A DNA stretch of 64,000 bases from Neoechinorhynchus agilis. Lineage: Eukaryota > Animalia > Acanthocephala. How positions within the stretch are numbered: position 1 is the first letter of the stretch; the number at the start of each line of letters is the position of its first letter. A program made the translations under genes and the position numbers. Positions 12,701-24,791 of this stretch are shown one piece after another. The stretch is taken from assembly GCA_051530055.1 (NCBI GenBank), contig CM121342.1:3471489-3535488 (forward strand), read 5' to 3'. The notes beneath the pieces were generated by a model. That model saw only the letters and a program-made list of their open reading frames with translations, was not told the origin of the DNA and made no database searches.

Positions 12701-15700
12701 CATGACGCCATTTTTCGTTTCTCACCCGGACTTGAGACCGTCCTTGGCTGAGTTTGATTGAGCCTCCATTCTCCTTCTCCCTCGCTCGAGAGAGGTTGTC
12801 ATTTGGATCAAAATTTGCCAAGAATATTAAAGCTGGATGCAGTTCTTGACGCAAACGATCCTCCTTCGTTTCTCACCCGGAATTGGGACCGTCCTTGGCT
12901 GAGTTTGATTGAGCCTCTATTATTATTCTCGCTCGAGAGAGGTTATCATTTGGATCAAAATTTGTCAAGAATATTAAAGCTGGATGCCGTTCTTGACGCC
13001 ATTTTTCGTTTCTCACCCGGAATTGGGACCGTCCTTGGCTGAGTTTGATTGAGCCTCCATTCTTCTTCTCCCTCGCTCGAGAGAGGTTATCATTTGGATC
13101 AAAATTTGTCAAGAATATTAAAGCTGGATGCCGTTCTTGACGCCAACGATCCTCCTTCGTTTCTCACCCGGACTTGGGACCGTCCTTGGCTGAGTTTGAT
13201 TGAGCCTCCATTCTTCTTCTCGCTCGAGAGAGGTTATCATTTGGATCAAAATTTGTCAAGAATATTAAAGCTGGATGCCGTTCTTGACGCCAACGATCCT
13301 CCTTCGTTTCTCACCCGGACTTGGGACCGTCCTTGGCTGAGTTTGATTGAGCCTCCATTCTTCTTCTCGCTCGAGAGAGGTTGTCATTTGGATCAAAATT
13401 TGTCAAGAATATTAAAGCTGGATGCCGTTCTTGACGCCAACGATCCTCCTTCGTTTCTCACCCGGACTTGGGACCGTCCTTGGCTGAGTTTGATTGAGCC
13501 TCCATTCTTCTTCTCTCTCGCTCGAGAGAGGTTATCATTTGGATCAAAATTTGTCAAGAATATTAAAGCTGGATGCCGTTCTTGACGCCAACGATCCTCC
13601 TTCGTTCTCACCCGGACTTGGGACCGTCCTTGGCTGAGTTTGATTGAGCCTCCATTCTTCTTCTCTCTCGCTCGAGAGGTTATCATTTGGATCAAAATTT
13701 GTCAAGAATATTAAAGCTGGATGCCGTTCTTGACGCCAACACCTCCTTCGTTTCTCACCCGGAATTGGGACCGTCAATGGCTGAGTTTGATTGAGCCTCC
13801 ATTCTCCTTCTCCCTCGCTCGAGAGAGGTTATCATTTGGATCAAAATTTGTAAAGAATATTAAAGCTGGATGCCGTTCTTGACGCCATTTTTCGTTTCTC
13901 ACCCGGAATTGGGACCGTCAATGGCTGAGTTTGATTGAGCCTCCATTCTCCTTCTCCCTCGCTCGAGAGAGGTTGTCATTTGGATCAAAATTTGTCAAGA
14001 ATATTAAAGCTGGATGCCGTTCTTGACGCCAATCCTTCGTTTCTCACCCGGACTTGGGACCGTCCTTGGCTGAGTTTGATTGAGCCTCCATTCTTCTTCT
14101 CCTCTCGCTCGAGAGAGGTTATCATTTGGATCAAAATTTGTCAAGAATATTAAAGCTGGATGCCGTTCTTGACGCCATTTTTCGTTTCTCACCCGGAATT
14201 GGGACCGTCCATGGCTGAGTTTGATTGAGCCTCCATTCTCCTTCTCCCTCGCTCGAGAGAGGTTGTCATTTGGATCAAAATTTGTAAAGAATATTAAAGC
14301 TGGATGCCGTTCTTGACGCCATTTTTCGTTTCTCACCCGGAATTGGGACCGTCAATGGCTGAGTTTGATTGAGCCTCCATTCTCCTTCTCCCTCGCTCGA
14401 GAGAGGTTATCATTTGGATCAAAATTTGTAAAGAATATTAAAGCTGGATGCCGTTCTTGACGCCATTTTTCGTTTCTCACCCGGAATTGGGACCGTCAAT
14501 GGCTGAGTTTGATTGAGCCTCCATTCTCCTTCTCCCTCGCTCGAGAGAGGTTGTCATTTGGATCAAAATTTGTAAAGAATATTAAAGCTGGATGCCGTTC
14601 TTGACGCCAATCTTTCGTTTCTCACCCGGACTTGGGACCGTTCTTGGCTGAGTTTGATTGAGCCTCCATTCTTCTTCTCTCTCTCGCTCGAGAGAGGTTA
14701 TCATTTGGATCAAAATTTGTCAAGAATATTAAAGCTGGATGCCGTTCTTGACGCAATTTTTCGTTTCTCACCCGGACTTGGGACCGTCCTTGGCTGAGTT
14801 TGATTGAGCCTCCATTCTTCTTCTCTCTCTCGCTCGAGAGAGGTTGTCATTTGGATCAAAATTTGTCAAGAATATTAAAGCTGGATGCCGTTCTTGACGC
14901 CATTTTTCGTTTCTCACCCGGAATTGGGACCGTCCTTGGCTGAGTTTGATTGAGCCTCCATTCTTCTTCTCCCTCGCTCGAGAGAGGTTATCATTTGGAT
15001 CAAAATTTGTCAAGAATATTAAAGCTGGATGCCGTTCTTGACGCCAACGATCCTCCTTCGTTTCTCACCCGGACTTGGGACCGTCCTTGGCTGAGTTTGA
15101 TTGAGCCTCCATTCTTCTTCTCGCTCGAGAGAGGTTGTCATTTGGATCAAAATTTGTCAAGAATATTAAAGCTGGATGCCGTTCTTGACGCCAACGATCC
15201 TCCTTCGTTTCTCACCCGGAATTGGGACCGTCCTTGGCTGAGTTTGATTGAGCCTCCATTCTTCTTCTCTCTCTCGCTCGAGAGAGGTTGTCATTTGGAT
15301 CAAAATTTGTCAAGAATATTAAAGCTGGATGCCGTTCTTGACGCCAACGATCCTCCTTCGTTTCTCACCCGGAATTGGGACCGTCCTTGGCTGAGTTTGA
15401 TTGAGCCTCTATTCTTCTTCTCTCTCGCTCGAGGGAGGTTGTCATTTGGATCAAAATTTGTCAAGAATATTAAAGCTGGATGCCGTTCTTGACGCCAACG
15501 ATCCTCCTTCGTTTCTCACCCGGACTTGGGACCGTCCTTGGCTGAGTTTGATTGAGCCTCCATTCTTCTTCTTCTCGCTCGAGAGAGGTTGCCATTTGGA
15601 TCAAAATTTGTCAAGAATATTAAAGCTGGATGCCGTTCTTGACGCCAACGATCCTCCTTCGTTTCTCACCCGGACTTGGGACCGTCCTTGGCTGAGTTTG

Positions 15701-16905
15701 ATTGAGCCTCCATTCTTCTTCTCGCTCGAGAGAGGTTGCCATTTGGATCAAAATTTATCAAGAATATTAAAGCTGGATGCCGTCCCTGACGCCAACGATC
15801 CCTTTTCGTTTCTCACCCGGACTTGGGACCGTTCTTGGCTGAGTTTGATTGAGCCTCCATTCTTCTTCTCTCTCGCTCGAGAGAGGTTATCATTTGGATC
15901 AAAATTTGTCAAGAATATTAAAGCTGGATGCCGTTCTTGACGCCAACGATCCTCCTTCGTTTCTCACCCGGACTTGGGACCGTCCTTGGCTGAGTTTGAT
16001 TGAGCCTCCATTCTTCTTCTCTCTCGCTCGAGAGAGGTTATCATTTGGATCAAAATTTGTCAAGAATATTAAAGCTGGATGCCGTTCTTGACGCCAACGA
16101 TCCTCCTTCGTTTCTCACCGGACTTGGGACCGTCCTTGGCTGAGTTTGATTGAGCCTCCATTCTTCTTCTCTCTCGCTCGAGAGAGGTTGTCATTTGGAT
16201 CAAAATTTGTCAAGAATATTAAAGCTGGATGCCGTTCTTGACGCCAACGATCCTTTTCGTTTCTCACCCGGACTTGGGACCGTCCTTGGCTGAGTTTGAT
16301 TGAGCCTCATTCTTCTTCTCTCTCGCTCGAGAGAGGTTGTCATTTGGATCAAAATTTGTCAAGAATATTAAAGCTGGATGCCGTTCTTGACGCCAACGAT
16401 CCTTTTCGTTTCTCACCCGGACTTGGGACCGTCCTTGGCTGAGTTTGATTGAGCCTCCATTCTTCTTCTCCCTCGCTCGAGAGAGGTTGTCATTTGGATC
16501 AAAATTTGTCAAGAATATTAAAGCTGGATGCCGTTCTTGACGCCAACGATCCTCCTTCGTTTCTCACCCGGACTTGGGACCGTCCTTGGCTGAGTTTGAT
16601 TGAGCCTCCATTCTTCTTCTCCCTCGCTCGAGAGAGGTTGTCATTTGGATCAAAATTTGTCAAGAATATTAAAGCTGGATGCCGTTCTTGACGCCAACGA
16701 TCCTCCTTGGTTTCTCACCCGGACTTGGGACCGTCCTTGGCTGAGTTTGATTGAGCCTCCATTCTTCTTCTCCCTCGCTCGAGAGAGGTTGTCATTTGGA
16801 TCAAAATTTGTAAAGAATATTAAAGCTGGATGCCGTTCTTGATGTCATTTTTCGTTTCTCACCCGGACTTGGGACCGTCCTTGGCTGAGTTTGATTGAGC
16901 CTCAA
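12652..16905. repeat. Tandem array A3: ~28 units of ~150 bp
   Basis: The unit CTCGCTCGAGAGAGGTT...GGACTTGGGACCGTCCTTGGCTGAGTTTGATTGAGCCTCCATTC repeats head-to-tail. Confidence 0.98.
13143..13203 (-). ncRNA. Twister-ribozyme-like motif (example copy; present in the A3 units), probably degenerate
   Basis: Minus strand reads CAATCAAACTCAGCCAAGGACGGTCCCAAGTCCGGGTGAGAAACGAAGGAGGATCGTTGG. Type-P1 twister as recalled is UAACWCNGC-(N)-GCCGGUCCCAAGCCCGG-(N)-GWGGAGGG. Confidence 0.6.
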
Positions 16906-17332
16906 TTGATTACCAAAAAGGGCCAGGTTCTATAGAAATCCCCAGAAAAACTATTATAATCCATAATTCGTTCTGACTGCGGTCTTTACTAGTCGCATTA
17001 TGCAACTGGGGCTCCATCAGGTTACTCGAAGCGTTTTCACCACAACTAAGTCTACGTTCCCTAGTCGACAGAATGCGCAAGTCTGAGAGGCACACAGCTT
17101 GTTGTTGGATATTTGGCTCCAAAAGCAGAACGCGACACATATCTCTTACCGCGTCTTAGTCTTCTCCGTTATTCCTATGTCTCTTAGTCAACTTAAATCC
17201 AACATGCAGACCACAGAAAATCCGGATGTGGACGTCGATGAGCCTTTGAAACCATTATCTACCACTTAAAATCAATGGATTCTTTTATTTTTTAAAAAAA
17301 TGGGGAAATAAATCTTTAAAAGAGAAACCATT

Positions 17333-18091
17333 GTGCGATTGTACACGGTAACACGAGACCAAGTGAAGTTATTGATTCGACAACGAGATCAAATCGCTCA
17401 AGAGACTGAGAATGTGACGGATTCGCTTCAAAAAGAACGACATCGGATTTTGGAGTGCTATGAACAAAACGAAAAACTGCGCGAACAAGTTGTTAAACTT
17501 ACAACAAAACTAAGTGAAATTATTGAAGAGGCTGATGAAGCAGAAAAACGACTCGTTGAGTTATCCTCAAATGCAGGAAAGTCCGAGTATGCTCGTAAGA
17601 TGTTTGAACAACAACAATATCAGTACGAGGAACATATTGACGAACTTCGTGAGAAGATTGATAAGCTTAAAAGCAATCAAGCAAAATCTGCACTTGAGTA
17701 TACGGAGATTGAGACGAAGTATAAGAAAACGAATGAGTTGCTTATGAAAAGAAAGGAACAATTGTTCGATTCTGAAAAGCGTTTGGAGGAAATGAAGAAG
17801 GTTTTGATGCAGAACCAGAAGATTGAAGAATATTGGACCATGATAAACTTTTGTAGGGAATGGGAAATAAAAAAAGAAGAAGCGTACGAAAAGAAGACTA
17901 AACGGATTATGGACGCTTTAAGTTTTGTAGAAAATCAAACTTTTCAATCTTATGTGGAACAAGAAAAGGCTTTAGAACAAATAGAATTTCTCAAGGGACT
18001 GATGGTTGAACAACAAATTTATAGTGAGGATGTTAAGTGCTTGATTAAGAGTTGTATGGACGAAATTAATCACGATTTCATGAATCTTTGA
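17333..18091 (+). CDS. Coiled-coil protein, unidentified; true start uncertain
   Basis: 252-codon stop-free, E/K/Q-rich heptad sequence. Confidence 0.65.
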   Translation: MRLYTVTRDQVKLLIRQRDQIAQETENVTDSLQKERHRILECYEQNEKLREQVVKLTTKLSEIIEEADEAEKRLVELSSNAGKSEYARKMFEQQQYQYEEHIDELREKIDKLKSNQAKSALEYTEIETKYKKTNELLMKRKEQLFDSEKRLEEMKKVLMQNQKIEEYWTMINFCREWEIKKEEAYEKKTKRIMDALSFVENQTFQSYVEQEKALEQIEFLKGLMVEQQIYSEDVKCLIKSCMDEINHDFMNL

Positions 18092-18520
18092 CATTTATGG
18101 AAAAAAAGTATTATGTTATGAGTTACTCGTTATTGCCGTCGTCGTCGAATTCCGTTGGTGCCGTCCTTTTGTTCGTTTGTACGCGCTTCGTTCTTCTAAA
18201 CTCTATTTGAACAAGAAAAAAAATGCAATCAATGAATATCCCGAAGGTCTCGACCTCCTTAAAGATTACACTTTTAATCTTTTATAAATAACGGAGTTAA
18301 ACTTTGATTAGGGGTTTTTTGAACGTTAACCGTAAAATTCTTGAAATCTTAATGGATACTTTTAACGAGATTTAAACAGGGAAAGAAAAAAACACACAAA
18401 GCTTCCCCGGTGCCAACTGTAATTATTTTGATGAACGAAATATCACTTGAACGAGAATTAGAAACCCCATTATAGCCTTCAAAAACTCTGACATTTCCTG
18501 AACTCAAACCTCATTTGAAA

Positions 18521-18960
18521 TCACATACCCTCTAATGCTTCTTGTAATCGATTGATAACCAAATCCTTGTCATCGTTGAATACTCGACTAGACTTTAAAG
18601 CAGCCAAAACGTCATTTGCCATCATCAATTTCCGTTTGTTCAACTCGGCATTGTCTCTAGCCCTTTTTTCAACAGTGAAATTGAACAATTTTACGTGGAT
18701 TTTTATCAACTCACAAAGTAGCAACGAAAAGTATGAAAAGATCAATGCACGCGCTGATTTCTGATTTGGCATCCTTACTGAGAATCAAAGATGGCTAAAA
18801 AGTATAAATTTTAAATTAAAGCACGTCCGAATGAAAGACTTACCGCCGATGATTTGAGTAGTCTGATCATTGGTGCAATTGGTAGGAGACCAACGTGTTC
18901 AATTATAAGATCAGCCGCTTTTGATGAACCATCGGGAACGTCGTCGTTTGAGTTCTCCAT
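18521..18960 (-). CDS. Histone-fold protein of the NF-YB/POLE3(CHRAC17)/NC2-beta family, 3 exons
   Basis: The spliced reading LLPIAPMIRLLKSSA|PSLILSKDAKSEISACIDLFILFVATL|ARDNAELNKRKLMMANDVLAAL matches the LP.A...KDA...FI...A....KRK....D.L.A pattern. Confidence 0.8.
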
Positions 18961-19473
18961 CAAAAAAAAGGAATTTATCAGTTCTTTTAAAAGTATTTTA
19001 CTCGTTGGAAACGATTTTGTTTTGGACTTTTGTCTGAATTTAAAGGTTGTTTTTACTTATAAATTAGAATTTACAGAGCACACAACGTAGTATTGGCATA
19101 TTAATAAAAAAGTTAACTATTTTCTACATTTCATTGCGTATATTTATTATTTTGGACACCTGACGACTCCTCTCCACTAAAAACAAGTCAATTTTCATAT
19201 TTATGTACAAAATCTCAACGATTGAACCTTTCTGAGATTTACAATTCACAACAAATATTTCATAATGAAATCTATAGAAAAATCAAGTTGAAAAATTAGC
19301 CGAGTTTTTGTTAAAATTTTATAATTCGTAAGCACAAAATCCGTTTGGTTGTTTTTAAAGGCTCTCTCAGTCATGATGTTTCCAATGTGGAGAAGTCGGC
19401 TTTTATCCTACGATCAAAGTGATTTTCAATTTCCACGCAATTCCATTATTGATTAGTTTATTGATGGATAATT

Positions 19474-22369
19474 CTAATCCGGAAGCTGTAATGTATCCGT
19501 TAAATGTTCATGACAATATGCATCGACTTTCGGTCCATAGGTCCACAGGCGTTCAATGTTATAATGAGTTCGGATTTCCTCATTTGAGAACAGGTGCAAA
19601 ATTATTGATCCTAATCGATAGAATGGAATAAACAACAGGTTACATTGCTTACCCATGTCAAGGACTTTCCAATCGTAATCGGATTTGGTTGTCCATCGAG
19701 CATACGAATCCGTTGGCAGTTTCTTCTTTTTGTGCTTTTATAAAAAAATTAATTCTATCCAATTGTTCCTTCGATTGGATGTGTATTCTCAATGGCGAAT
19801 TGTTCTCCCACTCGAGTTTTATTATTGAACTGTTCATTGCGAATTTTCAAAGCCTCACTCTCAAGAATTGTTAAAAATGGATGTGGTGGCGGGAATACCT
19901 AAGTTGGTAGCCTCGACTCGAGTGTGCGGGACCGTCAATTCCCCGAGGTGAAGTTTCACCCCCTGCGCTGGATTTTCAATGGCGAATTGTTCTCCCACTC
20001 GAGTTTTATTATTGAACTGTTCATTGCGAATTTTCACGGCCTCCTTCTCAAGAATTGTTAAAAATGGATGTGGTGGCGGGAATACCTAAGTTGATAGCCT
20101 CGACTCGAGTGTGCGGGACCGTCAATTCCCGAGGTGAAGTTTCATCCCCTGCGCTGTATTTTCAATGGCGAATTGTTCTCCCACTCGAGTTTTATTATTG
20201 AACTGTTCATTGCGAATTTTCAAAGCCTCCTTCTCAAGTATTGTTAAAAATGGATGTGGTGGCGGGAATACCTAAGTTGGTAGCCTCGACTCGAGTGTGC
20301 GGGACCGTCAATTCCCCGAGGTGAAGTTTCATCCCCTGCGCTGTATTTTCAATGGCGAATTGTTCTCCCACTCGAGTTTTATTATTGAACTGTTCATTGC
20401 GAATTTTAAAAGCCTCCTTCTCAAGAATTGTTAAAAATGGATGTGGTGGCGGGAATACCTAAGTTGGTAGCCTCGACTCGAGTGTGCGGGACCGTCAATT
20501 CCCGAGGTGAAGTTTCACCCCCTGCGCTGTATTTTCAATGGCGAATTGTTCTCCCACTCGAGTTTATTATTGAACTTTTCATTTAAATTTTCAAAGCCTC
20601 CTTCTCAAGTATTGTTAAAAATGGATGTGGTGGCGGGAATACTAAGTTGTGCTCTGACTCAGTGTGCGGGACCGTCAATTCCCCGAGGTGAAGTTTCACC
20701 CCCTGCGCTGTATTTTCAATGGCGAATTGTTCTCACTCAGCGATTTTATTATTGAACTTTTCATTGCGAATTTTCAAAGCCTCCTTCTCAAGTATTGTTA
20801 AAAATGGATGTGGTGGCGGGAATACCTAAGTTGGTAGCCTCGACTCGAGTGTGCGGGACCGTCAATTCCCCGAGGTGAAGTTTCATCCCCTGCGCTGTAT
20901 TTTCAACAGCGAATTGTTCTCCCACTCGAGTTTTATTATTGAACAGTTCATTGCGAATTTTAAAAGCCTCCTTCTCAAGAATTGTTAAAAATGGATGTGG
21001 TGGCGGGAATACCTAAGTTGGTAGCCTCGACTCGAGTGTGCGGGACCGTCAATTCCCGAGATGAAGTTTCACCCCCTGCGCTGGATTTTCAATTGCGAAT
21101 TGTTCTCCCACTCGAGTTTTATTATTGAACTGTTCATTGTGAATTTTCAAGGCCTCAGTCCCCTTGTCAAGCATTGATTATAATTTTTAGGAGGCTGAGG
21201 CTTTGAACATTCTCAATGAACAGTTTAATAATAAAGCTCGAGTGGGAGAACAATTCGCCATTGAGAATACATATCCAGATTTTAAACCATCTATTGATTA
21301 AAAAGCAATGAAAACTTACCAATCGGGTAATGTATTCACTGACAGATCGAACATGTTTTCTACTAAGACAAGTGCCGAAAACCATATAGTCCGCAATCGG
21401 CGAGGAATCATGTGAGCGATATGGAGTAACACAATAAAGATTATTGACGTTTTCATCCATTAATATTTGATACAAATCGCCAAAATCAAACACATCATGT
21501 TCTCCCCCTGTTTATAAGGATGACTATACAAAAGAAATTAGACTAACTCTCGGTAGAATGCCTCAACTCGTTTGACTTCTTCGATAAAGTATCATATTCA
21601 TATTCATCAAGTTTGTGTATTTCATCATCTTTTGAAAATGTGATTTTTTGATAATATGTTTGATATTATTTTAGTATCGAAGATTTTACGGGGCAAAATT
21701 CTTTAAGAAGATTATATTTTTACGCTTAGAATTGCTAGCAAAAAAGCCCATTAATATTCAAATGAATTCAAATCGGACGAATAAAGACATGGCTAATTTC
21801 TCTTATTTATCTCGTCATCTTTTGAACATGTGATTTTTCGAAAATATGTTTGATATTATTTTAGTATCGAAGATTTTAGGGGGCAAAATTCCTTAAGAAG
21901 ATTATATTTTTACGCTTAGAATTGTTAGCAAAAAAACCCATTAATATTCAAATGAATTCAAATCGGACGAATAAAGACATTGCTAACCCACTCTTCGGTG
22001 TCGAAATAATTAAAATCATGGCTTGCTTTTAAAAAATTCTCAACAAACCTGTGAGGACGCTGGTGGTAATAAAGGTCACTTTACGTCTAACAAAAGACTT
22101 TAAGAAACGTCCAGTAATCAATCCGTTCATTATCATGATCTGAAATCAGTAGCGTGGTTATTAAGTTAATTGTTTTAATGATTTGACAAACGACAAGCAA
22201 TAGATGATGGCAGAAAATGTTACCAGAATGTGGAATGAATTCGTTCGGAATAATACAGATTTGCAGAAAGTGGTGGATCATCTTCATGGCTTTTAGTTCT
22301 CGAATACGACGGAACAGGAGATATGTCCGAATTCGGATATAAACATTGAACATCACCTACGAGGTACAT
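19474..22369 (-). CDS. MALSU1: Mitoribosome assembly factor MALSU1 / RsfS (Iojap family); 5' end uncertain
   Basis: Exons give DLYQILMDENVNNLYCV...ADYMVFGTCLSRKHVRSV | ...DWKVLDMG | SIILHLFSNEEIRTHYNIERLW, which matches the RsfS pattern (DW..vD.G..ivH......R..Y.LE.LW). Confidence 0.85.
19776..21277. mobile_element. TIR-bounded element containing tandem array A4 (~7 x 187 bp), filling a MALSU1 intron
   Basis: TGGATGTGTATTCTCAATGGCGAATTGTTCTCCCACTCGAG at 19776 has an ~80-bp inverted copy ending at 21277. GAT flanks both ends. Confidence 0.85.
21626..21983. repeat. Two-copy direct repeat A5 (~190-bp period) in a MALSU1 intron
   Basis: TCATCTTTTGAA...CGGACGAATAAAGACAT occurs twice. Confidence 0.9.
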
Positions 22370-22479
22370 TCTAAACCAAAGAAAATGAATTCATTGAAAT
22401 TTTGCTGCATGGCCAAGGATTTATCGATGGGATACTCTATGACAGTTTTCGAAACCAAGTTTTTTCTTTGTCCAGAAAA

Positions 22480-23765
22480 TTGCAATTTTGTTTTAAACAA
22501 AAAGTAGAAAGGTTAAACTTTCAACAAAAAGTTTCTCATAAAATTTTTAATTGTTTTTAATTGTTCGTCAGAATTAAAAGAAGCGAACATAAAATAAAAA
22601 TAAGGAAATAAAAAGTAGACCGGTCAAACTTTCAAAAAAAGTTTCTCATAAAAATTTTAATTGTTTTTAATTGTTCGTGAGAATTAAAAGAACTGAACAT
22701 AAAATAAAAAAAGTAGACCGGTCAAACTTTCAAAAAAAAAGTTTCCCATAAAATATTAGTTGTTTTTAATTGTTCGTGAGAATTAAAAGAAGTGAACATA
22801 AAATAAAAAAAGTAGACCGGTCAAACATTTAACAAAAAGTTTCCCATAAAAATTTTAATTGTTTTTAATTGTTCGTGAGAATTAAAGGAACTGAACATAA
22901 AATAAAAATAAAGAAAAAGTAGACCGGTCAAACATTTAACAAAAAAGTTTCCCATAAAAATTTTAATTGTTTGTCAGAATTAAAAGAAGCGAACATAAAA
23001 TAAAAATAAGGAAATAAAAAGTAGAAAGGTCAAACTTTCAAAAAAAAGTTTCCCATAAAATATTAATTGCTTTTAATTATTCGTCAGAATTAAAAGAAGC
23101 GAACATAAACAAAAAAAAGTTTCTCATAAAAATTTTAATTGTTTTTAATTGTTCGTGAGAATTAAAAGAAGCGAACATAAAATAAAAATAAATAAAAAGT
23201 AGACCGGTGAAACTTTCAAAAAAAAGTTTCTCATAAAAATTTTAATTGTTTTTAATTGTTCGTGAGAATTAAAAGAAGCGAACATAAAATAAAAAAAAGT
23301 AGACCGGTGAAACTTTCAAAAAAAAGTTTCCATAAAATTTAATTGTTTTTAATTGTTCGTGAGAATTAAAAGAAGCGAACATAAAATAAAAAAAGTTTCT
23401 CATAAAAATTTTAATTGTTTTTAATTGTTCGTGAGAATTAAAAGAAGCGAACATAAAATAAAAATAAATAAAAAGTAGACCGGTGAAACTTTCAAAAAAA
23501 AGTTTCTCATAAAAATTTTAATTGTTTTTAATTGTTCGTGAGAATTAAAAGAAGCGAACATAAAATAAAAATAAATAAAAAGTAGACCGGTGAAACTTTC
23601 AAAAAAAAAGTTTCTCATAAAAATTTTAATTGTTTTTAATTGTTCGTGAGAATTAAAAGAAGCGAACATAAAATAAAAATAAAAAGTAGACGGTCAAACT
23701 TTCAAAAAAAAGTTTCCCCCAAAAAATATTAATTGTTTTTAATTGTTCGTGAGAATTAAAAGAAC
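22480..23765. repeat. AT-rich modular tandem array A6 (~60-110-bp variable units)
   Basis: The modules TTTTTAATTGTTCGTGAGAATTAAAAGAAGCGAACATAAA and AGTAGACCGGTCAAACTTT recur, with module drop-outs. Confidence 0.95.
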
Positions 23766-24791
23766 TGTGCTGATAAAATCCAACTAGTCTAAAAATCCAG
23801 ACAATTTTTTTCGAATCAAATCTTTACTTGCTACAAATGAGTCCTTTTCAGTTACGAATGAAAGTTTTGATATCCATGGATTGTTTTTTTTGCCAGACTG
23901 GTTCATAATGACAAGTCCGGCACCGTCCACGTCGTTCTTCCAGAAATCCGGTCAACGCGAACCTGTTGATTTGACTAAGGAGCTTTATAGAAAACCACGG
24001 ATCGATGTTATCGCCAGAGAAACTGGATTTCGTCGTTAGCTTCGTAGAGGATCAGCGAAAGAGAGTTCTGCTCCGTAATAGGCAACTACAGGAACATCCA
24101 ATGCCGTTGTATGCAAATGTTAGAGAAGATCCTGGGAAATGGTGGGAAAAATCGGTTCCAAATACTCGTTTGACGAGGGTTTGTGCTCTCTCCACCTCCA
24201 CCAATTTCGATTTCTTTTTAGAAACCAATATTTAATGGAACGGTCTTTGGCAATGAAGCCGCGACTAAACCGAGTTCGATTCCCAATAAAAAGGAATCCT
24301 TTGAAGAAACCATAAAGACGTTAAAGACGTGTGTTCATCAAGTTCTGAGTAACTTCAATTCCCCCCTTCGAAGAAGGACTTTAACGTCCGAAGAGAAATC
24401 GATGACACCCGAGTTAAATCTAGACAATGATAGCCTCCTTACTTGCTCTGATCAACCATCGTTCCTTGTGAATTCTCCTTCCATAGCAATTTCTTCTCAA
24501 GAAAGTTCAGAAACTCCTCCACAACCAATTCTGTTCCCGTCTTATTCAAAAGAAGAACTTCGGTCGTATCGAAAACCAGTAAGATCAAGTAATCAGCACC
24601 GTAAAGTCAATCTGGTCGTCGATGAGTTGTCCGACAATGAAGAATCAGATCCTGATTCTCGCATTTACTTCTACCACAAAGGATCACCACATTAAGAAAG
24701 AGATTAGTAGTGTGGGAGAGTTGTAGTTCGATTTATTATCACCAAAAAAGCATTCGGTTAAGTTTATTTTTTGAGATTGGCTTTTAAAATC

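Noticed and set aside
12758-16842. Many 76-180 aa ORFs in array A3
   Set aside because: By-products of the repeat, with frequent frameshifts between units.
13900-19940. 12-mer GGGACCGTCAAT shared between A3 variants and A4
   Set aside because: With many array pairs compared a single 12-mer is plausible by chance, and it is absent from the other arrays.
19880-19990. HDV-like ribozyme words (GGGACCGTC, AATGGCGAAT) and a tRNA-like GCGGGAATACCTAAGTTGGTA in the A4 unit
   Set aside because: I could not build P1/P2/P3 with a G1 wobble and matching P2, nor a cloverleaf.
7190-23765. CRISPR-like appearance of the repeat arrays
   Set aside because: No unique spacers, no cas genes, eukaryotic context.
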